Shown: positions 1 to 15,091 of the stretch, piece by piece | Numbering within the stretch: position 1 is the first letter of the stretch | Layout: every line of letters begins with the position of its first letter | NCBI RefSeq assembly: GCF_009914755.1 | Contig: NC_060926.1 | DNA from: the human T2T-CHM13v2.0 reference genome, Homo sapiens | DNA: 64,000 nucleotides | Direction: 5' to 3' (one strand) | The notes under the pieces: generated by a model | The model's input: only the letters and a program-made list of their open reading frames with translations | Told to the model about the DNA's origin: nothing | Database searches by the model: none | Translations under genes and position numbers: made by a program

Positions 1-100
1 CATAAAATATCCTATACCCTTTCCTGTGGAAGGGTTATAGACATACTTCAAAAAGTTTGTAGAAAATGGAATTAAATGATAAAAATAAAAAATACAAACT

Positions 101-1687
101 TTATTTCTCAGCATAACCTCCACTGAGCTCAAGACACTTTTGTAAGTGATAGTGCCAGCCATTCAGTCCATCTCCAAAGAATTGAGGGGCCTGGGAATTT
201 AACCATGTCAATGCAGTCTTTTTTACATTACTAACTTTTGAAAAAAGTGTGCCCTTTAAAGATTTGTTGTTTAAGATTAGGGAACAATAAAAAGTCAGAA
301 GGAGCCAAATGAGGACTGTAAGGTGGATGCCTACTGATTTCCTATTTACACTCTAATAAAATGACCTTTGTTTAATGAGAAGAATGAGCAGGAACATTGT
401 CATAGTGGTAAAGAACACTCTGATGAAAATTTCTGGGTGTTTTTCTGCTAACACTTTGGCTAACTTTCTTAAAACTCTCTCATAATAATCAGATATTATC
501 AGTTTTTGGCCCTCCACAAGGGCAACAAGCCAAATGCATTTAGAATCCCCTAAAATTGTTGCCATTACTTTTGCTCTTGACTGTTTCACAATTGGACCAC
601 TTCCATCTCTTGGTAGCCATTATTTTGGTTTGGTTTTGTCTTCAGGATTGTACTGGTAAAGGCATGTTCAATCTCCTGTTATAATTCTTCAAAGAAATCC
701 TTTGAGATCTTGACCCCTCTTGTATAAAATCTCCATTGAAAGTTCTGCTCATATCTGCAGTTGATCTGGGTGCAATGGTTTTAGCACACATTGAGTAGAA
801 TATTTGCTCAACTTTTTCAGTTGGAATTGTGTAAGCTGAACCAATTAAGATGTCTATGATATTGGCTGTTGTGGGTGCTATTAATCATTGGTCTTTTACA
901 ATTAGGGCATTTTGATGGTCAATATTGAGTGTCAACTTGATCAGATTGAAGGATGTAAAGTATTGTTCCTGGGCATGTCTGTAAGTGTTGCCAAATGAGA
1001 TTCACATTTGAGTCAGTGGACTGTGAGAGGCAAACCCACCCTCAATCTGGGTGGCACCATCTAATCAGCTACCGCAGCAGCTAGAATAAAGCAGGCAGAA
1101 GAGGTTAGAAGGACTTGACTTGCTGAGTCTTCCAGGTTTCATCTTTCTCCCATGATGATACTTCCTGCCTTCAAACATCAGATTCCCAGTTATTCAGCTT
1201 GCGGACTCTTGGACTTACAACAGTTGTTTGCCAGAGGCTCTCAGGTCTTTGGCCACAGACTGAAGCCTGCACCATCGTCCTCCTTATTTTGAGGTGTTGG
1301 GACTCAAACTGGTTTCCTTGCTCCTCAGCTTGCAGTGGGCCTATTGTGGGACTTCGCCTTGTGATCATATGAGTCAATACTCCTTAATAAACTCCCCTTC
1401 ATAATTACATCTATCTTATTAGTTCGGTCCCTGTAGAGAACCCTGGTTAATACAGGCATGAACAAGTTAATTTTTTCCTCACAAATTGATGTGAATAATC
1501 TGCTGCTGTGGGCTTCATCTTCAACATTGATTCCTTCTTAAAATGAGCCATTCATTTGTAAATTGCTAATATCTTTAGGGCATTGTCCCCATAAACTTTT
1601 TGAAAAGCATCAGTGATTTTACCATTCTTTCATCCAAGCTTCCCATTAATTGGATGTTTGTTTTATATCAATTTTAGTAGAATTCAT
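101..1687 (-). pseudogene. Degenerate HSMAR2 mariner transposase (DD34D family)
   Basis: ATG at 1687 and TAA at 101-103 on the minus strand. Motifs HPPYSPHLAPSD (~295-330), YYERVLRKLAKVLAEKHP (ORF 353..589) and TGD followed by a stop (~670). Broken by stops, frameshifts and the LTR insertion. Confidence 0.88.
911..1454 (+). mobile_element. MLT2A2 (HERV-L) solo LTR
   Basis: Runs tgatggtcaatattgagtgtcaacttga ... gagaaccctggttaataca. 5-bp TSD GGCAT at 906-910 and 1455-1459. Confidence 0.9.
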
Positions 1688-2158
1688 GTTGCTCTGATAA
1701 AGATTCTGTTCAAACTGATGTTTTATCCTTCTTAGTGCCTCAAACTAGATCCTGTTCAGACATGTTATAACAAGTTAGTATGATGTTATTTTGGTGTAAA
1801 AACTTTGAAATCCCTGCATAGATATTTCATAATGTGCGTTTTCATGAACTTTTTGAATATCCTTCATACACTTCAATCTATTTATTGATGCCAGATTTTA
1901 AAATGTGAGCAGGAATGTGTCTCATTAATGAGTAGAAGTTTTAGAATCATCATGTCCTTTATTCATTGTTTTCTTTTTCCTCTGACATGAGACTGGAAAT
2001 ATCCCATACAGGGGTTGTTCATCATGTTTGCTAGAATGAGAACAATGAGTTGCATTTAACCCATGATGGCTATGTAACAAGAGAAAAAAATTGACTGAAG
2101 TTGAGGACACTAAGATTTAGGGGTTTGTTAGATACTGCAACAGATTTAGCTTGAGCTA

Positions 2159-2688
<530 letters not shown>

Positions 2689-2889
2689 TTAAAGATCACC
2701 TGTTCCATGGCCTCTGTTGGTGTCTCGTAATGTTGACCATTAAATTCTATTTTTCTCTTTTACTATCCTTAGGCAAAGATTCAATGAACATCCACTATGT
2801 TCAGCCATGTGTCCACATTTCTGTCTTTATTCCTTCCTCATGCCTTATGGAGGAAACTTCTTAAAGATTTGTAACCATTTATGAAGCAA

Positions 2890-3105
2890 CCTCTGTATAT
2901 CAGGTTCTGCCTTAATGTTATTGTTATTAACATATTTAATAATAAATCATATGTTATGCATAAATTTTCTTTTACAAATAACTCAAATGAGATTGACAGA
3001 GGTTAAGAAAATTGAAGACAATTACACAGCTGATAAAAGAACAAAACCAAGATTTGAATTTAGTTTGCTTAGTTTCAAACTCCCCTATCCTTCCACTACA
3101 TCATT
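2890..3105 (-). mobile_element. MIR
   Basis: acagaggttaag...cacagct...ccaagatttgaa is the reverse complement of the MIR core. Confidence 0.6.
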
Positions 3106-3479
3106 TGCTTAGATGGCAGCATGAGAAAACTACATAGTTTGTCAAATCAAATTTCTCCATGAAACCCAAAATATGTGTAATGGAAATTAACCATATGAGA
3201 AATTGATGAATTTCAATTAACATTTGTACTCCTAAACTGTATGTTGGCTCTTTCTTAGTTTAATGCAATCAAAGTATCAGTTTCAAAGTACTTGACAATA
3301 ATTAAGGTGGAAGAAGTTTTTGGACAAATCCAGGTACTTGAGATAAATATTAATCAAAACTTTTCTTTTAACTTAATTTCACATGATCTTCTTAACTCTT
3401 TTGGGGCTGAAATTGGTTTATTTAAGATAAGCCTAGAACTGATTATTGGTTTAAGAATATAAGATTATAAGAGAAACAG

Positions 3480-4672
3480 ATGGATTTCAAAAACATTATG
3501 TTGAAGAAAAGAAGCCAGAAACAAAAGATTATATACTATATGAATTCTTTGTATGATGTTCTAGGATGGTTCTGCATATAAAATCAATTAATATGTTATA
3601 TCATGTCAACAGAAAAGGAAAAAGCACAAAATCCACATGATCATTTCAACAGATGCAGAAATAGACTTTGACAAAATCCCATCTCCTTTCATGATAAACC
3701 ACACAGCAAAATAGGAACAGAAGAAAACTTCCTCAACTTGATAAAGAGCATCTATGAAAAAAACCTATAGCTAACATCAAGATGAATAATGAAAGACTGG
3801 CTTTTTTTCCTCCTAAGATCAGGGACTAGACAGAGATGTCATCTCTTCAAAATTGCATGAAGATTCTAGCCAGGGAAATTATGCAACAAAAATAAATTAA
3901 TGACATCTGGTTGGAAATAAGAAAGTAAAACTATATTTACTTGAAGATGACATGATTGTGAGTATGGAAGATCTTTAAAATTTACTAACAATTTATTACA
4001 GATAATAAATGACCTCAGTAAGATTGCAAGACACAAAATCAATATATTAAAAAAACACAACTGGATTTCTGTACACTTGCACTAAACAATTCAAAATAAA
4101 ATTAAGAAAACCATTCCATTTATAGTAGCATCAAAAGTAATAACATATTTAGGAAAAAATTTAACAAAACAACTGTAAAATGTATACTCTGAAAACTACA
4201 AAACATTATTGAAAGATACTAAAGATCTAAATAAAAGAAAAAATCTGATGTTCATGAATTGGAAGACTTAGTATTGTTAAAATGGCAATACTTCCAAAAG
4301 TAATCTAAAAATTCAAGGTAATTATGATTAGAATCCCAGAAGACTTCTTGCAGAAATTGTCCAGCTGTTTCTAATATTCAGATGGAATTTCAAGAGACCC
4401 AGGATAACCAAAGCAATCTTGAAAAAGAAGAACAAAAAACTGGGACTCATTTTTCTGATTTAAAAATTTACCAACAAACTAGAGTAATCAAGACATTATG
4501 GTATGGCATGAGGACATAAACCAATGAAATAGAATTGAGAGATCAAAAATACGTCCATGTGTCTATGGTCAAATGATTCTCATCAAGAATGCCAAGACCA
4601 TTAAATGGGACAAAGAATAGTCTTTTAAACAAATGGTATAGGAACAACTGGCAAACCATATGAAAAAAAAGG
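3480..4672 (+). mobile_element. Old L1 (L1M) fragments, mainly ORF2 RT and post-RT region
   Basis: cacatgatcatttcaacagatgcagaa...tttgacaaaat (HMIISxDAEKxFDKI), gaagatgacatgattgt (FADD region), aacaaatggtataggaacaactgg. Confidence 0.85.
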
Positions 4673-6148
4673 CAATAGTCACTTGTCATTGAAATGGTTT
4701 GATAAAATAAAAATTCATGAGCATGATGATAAGACACACTACCAGCTACCATCTGGCCCAGGTTGTTTTACATAATATTGTATTATTTCTTTAGTCAACT
4801 TTTATGATAGCACCATACACACTGATTAGCTATTAACTTACCATGGTTATCCTTGAATCTTTTCAAGGATCTCTACTTCAGAATGGGAACATAATAGAAA
4901 TTGACATATATAATTGAATAAATAAACTTTCACATTCTCCTTTTTTTTCCTCATCATTCTCTTCCCATTGGCTGAAACATTTCACTAAAAAAGTCCTCCA
5001 GAGCACAGCCAAGGACACCCATCCCCCAAGGCTCACCATGTTCCCCTAGGATACTCTAGCCTTAGGAGAAGTGTTGGACCTGAAGAGAGAAGGGCAATTT
5101 TGCCCATGAGATGGAGCCAGTCTTTCTGTCTGCCTCCTTCTCTCACACCCCAGCCTGGTCATGCTTGTTAGCAATTCAGCCTTGGATGCCCAACTGGAGT
5201 GCCGTCCTGAAGTTGCATCATAGCTTCTGCACTGGCAGACCATGCCTGAACATCAGAGAGCCCCAGCAGAGCAGTCCCCCACTGACACATACCAGCCGTC
5301 TGCACCTTCCTTCCACCTCAGCCTCCCCCATGCCACTTTGCTGGCATACACTTGCCCATGGCCACTCCCTCATTGCTTTGCCAGCATGCATGTGTGCAGG
5401 TGGACCTTGCCTCCCCTTCCCTGCCAGTACATGCCACGAGTGCATATGCCTCCCACCATGCCATTGCTGCCAGCATGAGTGCACCCATGCCCCTCCTCCC
5501 ATCACCGCCCCACCACATCACCATTGTTGTCATGAATACATGTGTGGACACCAGCAACCTTGCCTCTGCCTTGTGCTTCCACTGCCACTAGTGTAAATGT
5601 GCAGGGGCACTGCCATGGGTGCAAATGCGCAAATGGACCCCAGCAGCCCCAACATTTCTCCCCTGCCATGTAACCACTACAGTCATTACTAAAACCTACA
5701 TGCAAACCAGTAGGCTTGGGCCTGCCAGCACTCCACCCGAGCTGACAAGTGTGCAGCCCACCATGCTGCCACTGCTGCTGGCACATTCAAACAAGTATCG
5801 ATCCCACTGCTACCAACCGATGAAGCACTTTGGCTGGCACCACCCTTTGAGGTGCTGTGACCAACAGTCCAGGAACACCTCAGCCCCTCCAACACAGCAC
5901 ATACCCAACCTCGAGAGGCCAGAGAACAAAGCCAGGGGCCGGATACCAACCATTAGAGTTAAAGCATGTAGCCCAGGCATGCCCAGCTGAGCCTTGCCCC
6001 TCCAAAAGTCTACCAGAAATGAAGCCAGATGACTGAACCCAACTTATAACACAATCAAACACCAAGGACATCAAAGAAGATAAAAGAAACAAAAACCCAT
6101 CCAAAGAACAGCAGCTTCAAAGGTGAAAGGAACATCAGCCCACACAAG

Positions 6149-7431
<1,283 letters not shown>

Positions 7432-7490
7432 ACCATTAACACTATAGCAGCCACAAAAACAAGTCTACACAATAACCTGCTAACAACATG

Positions 7491-10400
7491 ATGACAGGAG
7501 CAACTTCACACATACCAGTACTAACCTTGAAAATAAACAAGCTACATGCCCCAGTTGAACGGCACAGACTGCTAAGTTGAATAAAGAAGCAAGACCCAAT
7601 GGTATGCTATCTTCAAGAGGCCCATCTCACATGCAATGACACCCATAGGCTCAAGATAAAGGAATAAAGAAAAATCTACCAAGCAAACAGAAAACAGAAA
7701 AAAGCATCAGTTGCAATCATAGCTTCAGACAAAACAGACTTTAAACCAACAAAGATAAAAAAAGACAAAGAAAGGCATTACACAATGTTAAAGGGCTCAA
7801 TTCAACAGGAAGGCTTAACTATTAAATATTCTAACTATATATGCACCCAACAGAGGAGCACACAGATTCATAAAGCAATTCCTTAGAGACCTACAAAGAG
7901 ACTTAGGTAATAACAAAATAATAGTGGGAGACTTCAACACCCCACTGACAGTATTAGACATAAAGCATGGCAGAAAACTAACAAAGATATTCAGGACCTG
8001 AACTATGGGCCTAGTAGACATCACAGAACATTCCACCCCAAAGCAACAGAATATACATTCTTCTCACCTGTACATGGCATATACTCTAAAGTTGACCACA
8101 CATAAACCAACCCCAAAGCTAACAGAAGGCAAGAAATAACCAAAATCAGAGCTGAACTGAAGGGGTCTGAGACATGAAAAACCACACAAAAAAAAAAAAA
8201 TCAAGGAATTCAGGAGTTGGCCCTTGAAAAAATTCCTAAGATAAATAGACTGCTAGTTACACTAACGAAGAAAAAAAGAGAGAAGATCCAAATAAACACA
8301 ATTAGAAATGACAAAGCGTACATTACCACTGACCCAACAGAAATACAAATAACTATCAGAGACTACTATCAACACCTCTATGTACACAAACTAGAAAATC
8401 AAGGGGGAAAAATGGATAAATTTTTGGACACATACAACCTCCCAAGACTGAATCAGGAATAAATTGAATATCTGAACAGACCAATAATGAGCTCCAACAT
8501 TGACTCAATAAGTAAAAATCCTGCCAACCCAAGAAAAGCCCAGGACCAGGTGGATTCATTGCTGAATTCTACCAGATGTACAAAGAAAAGCTGGTACCAT
8601 TCCTACCGAAACTATTCCAAACAATTGAGGAGGGACTCACCCCCAACTCTATGAGGCCAGCATCATCCTGATACCAAAATCTGGCAGAGACACAACAAAA
8701 AAAGAAAGCTTCAGGACAATATTATTTATGAGTATTGATACAAAAAATCTCAACAAAATACTAGCGAACTGAATTCAGCAGCATATCAGAAAGCTACTAC
8801 ATTGAGATCGAGTAGGCTTTTTCCTTGGAATGCAAGGTTGGTTCCACATATGCAGATCAATAAATGTGATTCATCAGATAAACAGAACTAAAGACAAAAA
8901 CCACATGATTATCTCAATAGATGCAGAAAAGGCTTTTGACAAAATTCAACATTGCTTCATGTTGAAAGCTGTCAATAAACTAGACGTTGAAGGAGCATAC
9001 CTTAAAGTAATAAGAGTCATCTATGACAAACCCACAGACAACATCTTACAGAATAGGCAAAAGCTGGAAGTATTCTCCTTGAAAACCAGCATAAGACAAG
9101 GATGCCTTCTCTCACCACTCCTATTCAATCACCACTGAGTGCTCTGGCGTACTGGATGTCCCAGTCTGAAAAATCAGGCAAGAAAAGAAATAAAAGGCAT
9201 CAAATTAGGAAGAAAGAAAATCACATTATCCCTGCTTGTGGATGATGTGATTCTATAGCTAGAAAACCCCATAGCCTCTCCCCAAAATTCCTTGAGCTGA
9301 GAAAAAACTTCAGCAAAGTTTCAGGATGCAAAATCAATGTATAAAAAGCCAGTAGCATTTCTATACACCAACAATATCGAAGCTGAGAGCCTAATTAGGA
9401 AGAAAATTCCATTCACAATAGCCACAAAAGAACAAAATAAAATACATAGGAATTCAGCTATCCATGAAGGTGAAAGACCTCTACAATGAGAATTACAAAA
9501 CACTTCTCAAAGAAGTGAGAGATGATGCAAACAAACAGAAAAATATTATATGCTCATGGATAGAAAGAATCAATACTGTCAAAATGGCAATACTACCCAA
9601 AGTAGTTTACAGATTCAATGCTATTCTTATCAAACTACTAATGACATTCCTCACAGAATTAGAAGAAACTATTTTAAAATTCATATGGAACCAAAAAAAA
9701 AAGTGCCCAAATAGTAATGCTATCCAAATAGGCAATACTAAGCTAAAAGAACAAAGCTGGAGGTATCATATTACCTGACTTCAAACCATACTACAAGGCT
9801 ACAGTAACCAAAACAGTATGGTACTGGGACATAAACAGGCACATAGACCAGTGGAACTGAATTAAGAGCCCAGAAATAATGCTGCACACCTACAACCATC
9901 TGATCTTTGGCAAAGTTGACAAAAATAAGCAATGGGGAAAGGACTCCCTATTCAATAAATGGTGCTGAGATAAATGGCCAGCCATATGCAGAAGATTGAA
10001 ACTATACTCCTTCTTATAACATATACAAAAATCTCAAGATGGATTAAAGACTTAAATATAAAACCTAAAACTATAAAAACCATGGAAGGTAACCTAAGAA
10101 ATACCATCCTGGACATAGGGCCTGGCAAAGATTTCATGACAAAGATGCCAAAGCAATTGCAACAAAAACAAAAATTAATAAATAATGCCTAATTAAACTA
10201 AAGTGCTTCTGCCCAGCAAAGGAAACCAACACAGAATAAACAGACAACCTACAGAATCGGAGAAAATTTTTGCAAATTATGCATATGACAAAGGTTTAAT
10301 ATCCAGAATACATAAGAAACTTAAACAAATTTACAAGCAAACAACCCCATTAAAAAGTGGGCCAAGGACATGATCAAACAGTTTTCCAAAGAAAATATAC

Positions 10401-10849
10401 ATGCATTTAACAAGCATATTAAAAAATGCTCAACATCACTGATTATTAGGGAAATGCCAATCAAAACCACAATGAGATACCATCTCACACCAGTCAGAAT
10501 GGTTATTATGTAAAAGTCTAAAAATAACAGGTGCTAGCAAAGTTGTGGAGAAAAGGGAATGCTTACACACTTCTGGAGGAAATATAAATTAGTTCAGCCA
10601 TTGTGAAAAGCAGTTTGGCATTTTCTGAAAGATCTTAAAACTGAATTACCATTCAACCTAGCAATCCTGTTATTAGGTATATACCCAAAGGAATATATAT
10701 CATCCTACTATAAAGACACATGCATGTGTACGTTCATTGCAGCAGTATTTGCAATAGCAAAGACATGGATTCAACCTAAAGGCCCATCAATGGTAAACTG
10801 GATAAAGAAATGTAGTACATATATACTATGGAATACTATGAAGCCATAG
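7491..10849 (+). pseudogene. L1 ORF2p (endonuclease/reverse transcriptase) remnant
   Basis: MTG start, IVGDFNTPL (~7920), [34 protein letters not shown] (ORF 8830..9138), VDD at ~9240. Many stops and an internal deletion at ~8103. Confidence 0.9.
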
Positions 10850-11439
10850 AAAAGAATGAAATCATGTTCTTTGCAGCAATATGGATGGACCTGGAGGACA
10901 TTATCTTAAGCAAACTAACATAGGAACAGAAAACCAAATATTGTATGTTCTCACTTATAAGTGGAAGCTAAACATTGCATACGTATGAACACAAAGACGA
11001 GAACAACATATCAGGTCCTACTTAGGATGCAAGGTGGGAGAATGGTGATGATCAAAAAGTTACCTTTTGGGTACTATGCTTATTACTTAAGTGATGAAAT
11101 AATCTGTACACTAGATCCCCGTGACACACAATTTACATATATGATAAACCTGCACACGTACCCCTGAACCTAAAATAAAAGTTAAAAATAACTTCCATAT
11201 TTATGTCTTCACTCAAGTGTTAAATATTGTTAGCAGTAAAATGTACATACTTCAGAAATAATTTTATATCTGCCTTTACATACATACGTGAACATATTAA
11301 TATATACATCATTTTATATTATTGAATTCATACTGCATTTTTTCACAATCTGTTTCATTTACAGATAGTATATCTTGAATAATAATCATAGCTTCCACTT
11401 ATACACCACTTTTTATGGGAGAGGCAATATTCTAAGTCC

Positions 11440-11615
11440 TCTATGGCTCTTAACTTAATGTAATCCTCAGAAAAAAACCCTGAGATAAGTAGTATTACTA
11501 TTCACATTTCAGGATGATGAAACTGAGGTATGTGGAGTTTAATAAATTTGACCAAGTTTGCACAACTGGAAGCTGCTGATTTAACTCTGGAAAAACTGGA
11601 AGAACTTGAAATCTC
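11440..11615 (-). mobile_element. MIR
   Basis: cattt..gatgatgaaactgagg..gaccaag matches the MIR core in reverse. Confidence 0.7.
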
Positions 11616-11650
11616 TCCATATAAGAGCATATTTTCCTCCTCCTCCTCCT

Positions 11651-12085
<435 letters not shown>

Positions 12086-12194
12086 TAATGCCACATGAAC
12101 ATCTTGACAACACTTATCTTACTGTATAGAATGAAGTAAAGATCAAATTATCTTTTCTTGATTCCCAGCCAGAATTTTATTTATGATATTTATT

Positions 12195-12295
12195 TTTATT
12201 TGTCTGCCTGTCCATGACATGGTCAGGAACTTTTATCTTATGCTTAGCTAAGTGACTCTACAATTGTTCACTAAATGAATGAATGAATAAATAAT
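12195..12295 (+). mobile_element. L2 3' end
   Basis: Ends in a taaatgaatgaatgaataaat tail typical of L2. Confidence 0.5.
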
Positions 12296-12639
12296 CTATC
12301 CCTTTTATGAATTATTAGCTCATTGAGGATAAATCAAATGAGTCACAGAATTGTGAAGATCAGATGAGTAAACTATAACATGCTGAGAAATTAAAAGTTT
12401 TATAGTGTTCTCCCTCTTTGTGATTTGATGTGAAATCTTTGTGTAGATACTTTAAAGATTCCTGACCACGTATTCAAAATCTTAAACATTCTTTAAATTC
12501 AAAGTCGTTACTTCCTGATTCCTCTAAAATGTCTCAAACTTTTTTTGGTTTCTCTGATTCTGCATTTTAATAAAAACTTTCCTCTTTCATTAAATTTCAT
12601 TTGGTCTTTGAAAAGACACTCTAGCTCCTGGGCTATGCT

Positions 12640-12760
12640 TTGCTTTGCGTCCTGTCTGCCAGTCTGAGTTTAAAAGGAGGAAGCACGGGGCCGCTCCACA
12701 TCTGATTGGCTGTAGTCCACTCTCTGGTACTGTGCTGACGCAGCTGACAGTGCTGAGATG
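12640..12760 (-). promoter_or_regulatory. Candidate promoter/enhancer (CCAAT box, TATA-like element, ARE/MARE-like sites, ETS)
   Basis: AGCCAATCAG on the minus strand at 12702-12711, TTTTAAA at 12669-12675, TGACnnnGC at 12736 and 12745, GAGGAAG, and locally retained CpGs in non-repeat sequence. Motif evidence only. Confidence 0.4.
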
Positions 12761-14668
12761 ATTAAAGGATTTCGAGAATCTGTGAAGAACCAAGTACAGA
12801 TATTTGAATTGTAACCACTTGTCAAAATTTTACAGTAATTAGGAGCTAAGCAAAGAAAAAAGAATGTGGCTGCTCAGAACTTGGTAGAATCTCAGTGTGA
12901 TGAATATTCCTTTTGAAATTTTTAAATGACCTGAATTCATTAAGAAGACACATAAACTTCACATTCCATTGAAAGGAAAAAATAAATACATTTGTGTAGT
13001 ATCCTAGATAGTGGTATCCTTGAGATGGGGGCCAGTATTTAGAAGTGGTGTCTTGGAATTGATTGCATTTGAGCAGCTACCATCTTCCTTCTTTCTCCTA
13101 GGAGAGTAGTCAGATTACCCTTTCATTAATTTTCTCCTTCATTGCATTTATACTGCCAGACACTGTAGCAGGTATGGGGACAAAATGGTAAAGAGCATAG
13201 GTGCTGTATTGGACCTTGTCAACCTAATAGCTTGTTTAGGACCTTTTATCACAATTTTCTCTGTGTCATTTACAGCTACTGTATTTCAACACAATTTTTG
13301 AAGCTTTATGATCTCTTATGATTGAGAGCTATCATTTACCTGTTTATTTGAGAAGATTAAGATTGCTTCTATTTTTAAAATTATTATATCTAATTTGGAT
13401 ACAAATATTTTTATATTTTAATATTTATTTACCTTGTCAAAAGAAGAGTTTTGAAGTAAAATTTTTCACTTACCACAGGACTCAATCCAATTTAACCAAG
13501 GCAAATTTTTTTTTTCACTAGGGAAATCCTAAATTTTGTGTGTCTTTGTCAAAGGAAATAATTTAAAAGCCCAATTAGAGGGTATGTGATGTAGGAATCA
13601 CTTTCCCTATATTAGGGCTTTGAAGTAAGTTGGCTTCTTCTTATCTACCAGGAGCCTCCTATTTGCTACCATGTTTGTAGTCAGGGAGCATGGTGTGGTG
13701 TCTTGGTTTGTTTCATGTGACTGTATGATGATGGATGCTTTTTCCAGCATCTGAGGTTCCAGAGAAATTGAACAACTTGAATACTTGAGAATGTTTTAGA
13801 AATTCTGAATTATGATTGAACAATACTGGAAATCTGTATGATACAAAATAGAAAAAAAAATGAAGTAGCTAACTGACCTTAGAGAGATGTATGGGTTTGA
13901 GGACTATATATAAACCAAGATTTCAAATGATCTAGAATTCAAGGTGTGTTATCCAGGAATGGTGTCTCCCACCTTGACTAGATGCAATGAATCCTAGAAA
14001 ACCAATCTCTCTGGTCTGCCCCCATTGGAATAGTGTAACCAACTCAATCTAGCCCCAACAAGAAGGAATAAATGTAATTACTGTTTTTCCTGTTACAAAA
14101 ACCTCAGGACAGAGAACAGATCCCAGCTATTCCAACTAAAAATACACACCCCTTAGCTTAGTTTTACCCATCCTTTTGCCATTTCCTCAGGCTGTAGAAA
14201 ATTGGAAGTGACACAAAGTACCCAGCTCTCATTATATCTCATAGTGAAAAAGAAAAAGGGAAAAGAAAGAAAAATTATACTAAAAATGCACTTGTGGGGA
14301 GAGAGTCTAAAGTTAACCACATTCTATCAGAGCAAATAGAATGTGTAGACAAAGACTCTCAAAAAGGAGAAAAATGAAAACTAAAGCAATCTTGGCAACT
14401 AGGAAAACTTAAGAAGAATAAATTTTTAAAATCAAGAAGGCAGGAAAGAAGGAGAAAAGACACATTATCTAAAGTAAGAAATAAATAAAAAATACATTGG
14501 TCCAATTATTAAAAGATGAATAAAAATAATAAAATAAAAATTTGGGGAACAGGGAAATGTGTTAAAGGATTACTGCTTCATACTGTCAAACGATAAAATT
14601 ACAACAAATTTATTTTTTATGCTTATTTGAATATAAAGTTTAGGGTTTTTATTTTTATTTTTTAATTT

Positions 14669-15091
14669 TGTCAGGCATAAAGTTTCAATTTACATAGTTT
14701 AAAGATTTAATTGGCTTCTATTGGAAATTCTAGATTTGGGCAATACATTCTATAAAATATAATTAGTGATTTGATGCGCTGAGCAGAGGCTTGGTTTTAT
14801 AGACAGAAAAGGGCTGAAAAAAGCAGAAACAGGGAATAAGAAACAGATTGATCATTTCAAAGTTACTTTCCTTATAGGGTTAAACACAAGGGCCTTCCTT
14901 ATTACGCTGACTTAAGTTGACCGAGATCTGCATTTTGTTTTGCATTATTTGGGAAAACTGGCCCACTTCAACGTTCAGTTTGATTACATGGCACCTAGTA
15001 TGAGTGGCTTCATTCTGGTTTGGTCTGGCCTGCTGGGATCTAGTACAGGAGGCTAGTCCAAAAAAATGGTCCTCATAAATTTTGTTTAACA
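14669..15091 (-). mobile_element. ERV1 solo LTR (MER57-group-like)
   Basis: Minus strand begins TGTTAAACAAAATTTATGAGGACCATT...CCAGACCAAACCAGAATG and ends TGACA. Confidence 0.7.

Larger units (their letters stand above)
38..1866 (-). mobile_element. HSMAR2 mariner DNA transposon, full length, interrupted by an MLT2A2 LTR
   Basis: Terminal inverted repeats (cttcaaaaagtttgtagaaaa at 46; ttttcatgaactttttgaa near 1839-1857). TA target duplications at 36-37 and 1867-1868. Body matches the recalled HSMAR2 consensus. Confidence 0.93.

Noticed and set aside
5046-6104. Dense overlapping ORFs on both strands
   Set aside because: By-product of the GC-rich L1 5' UTR; no recognisable protein.
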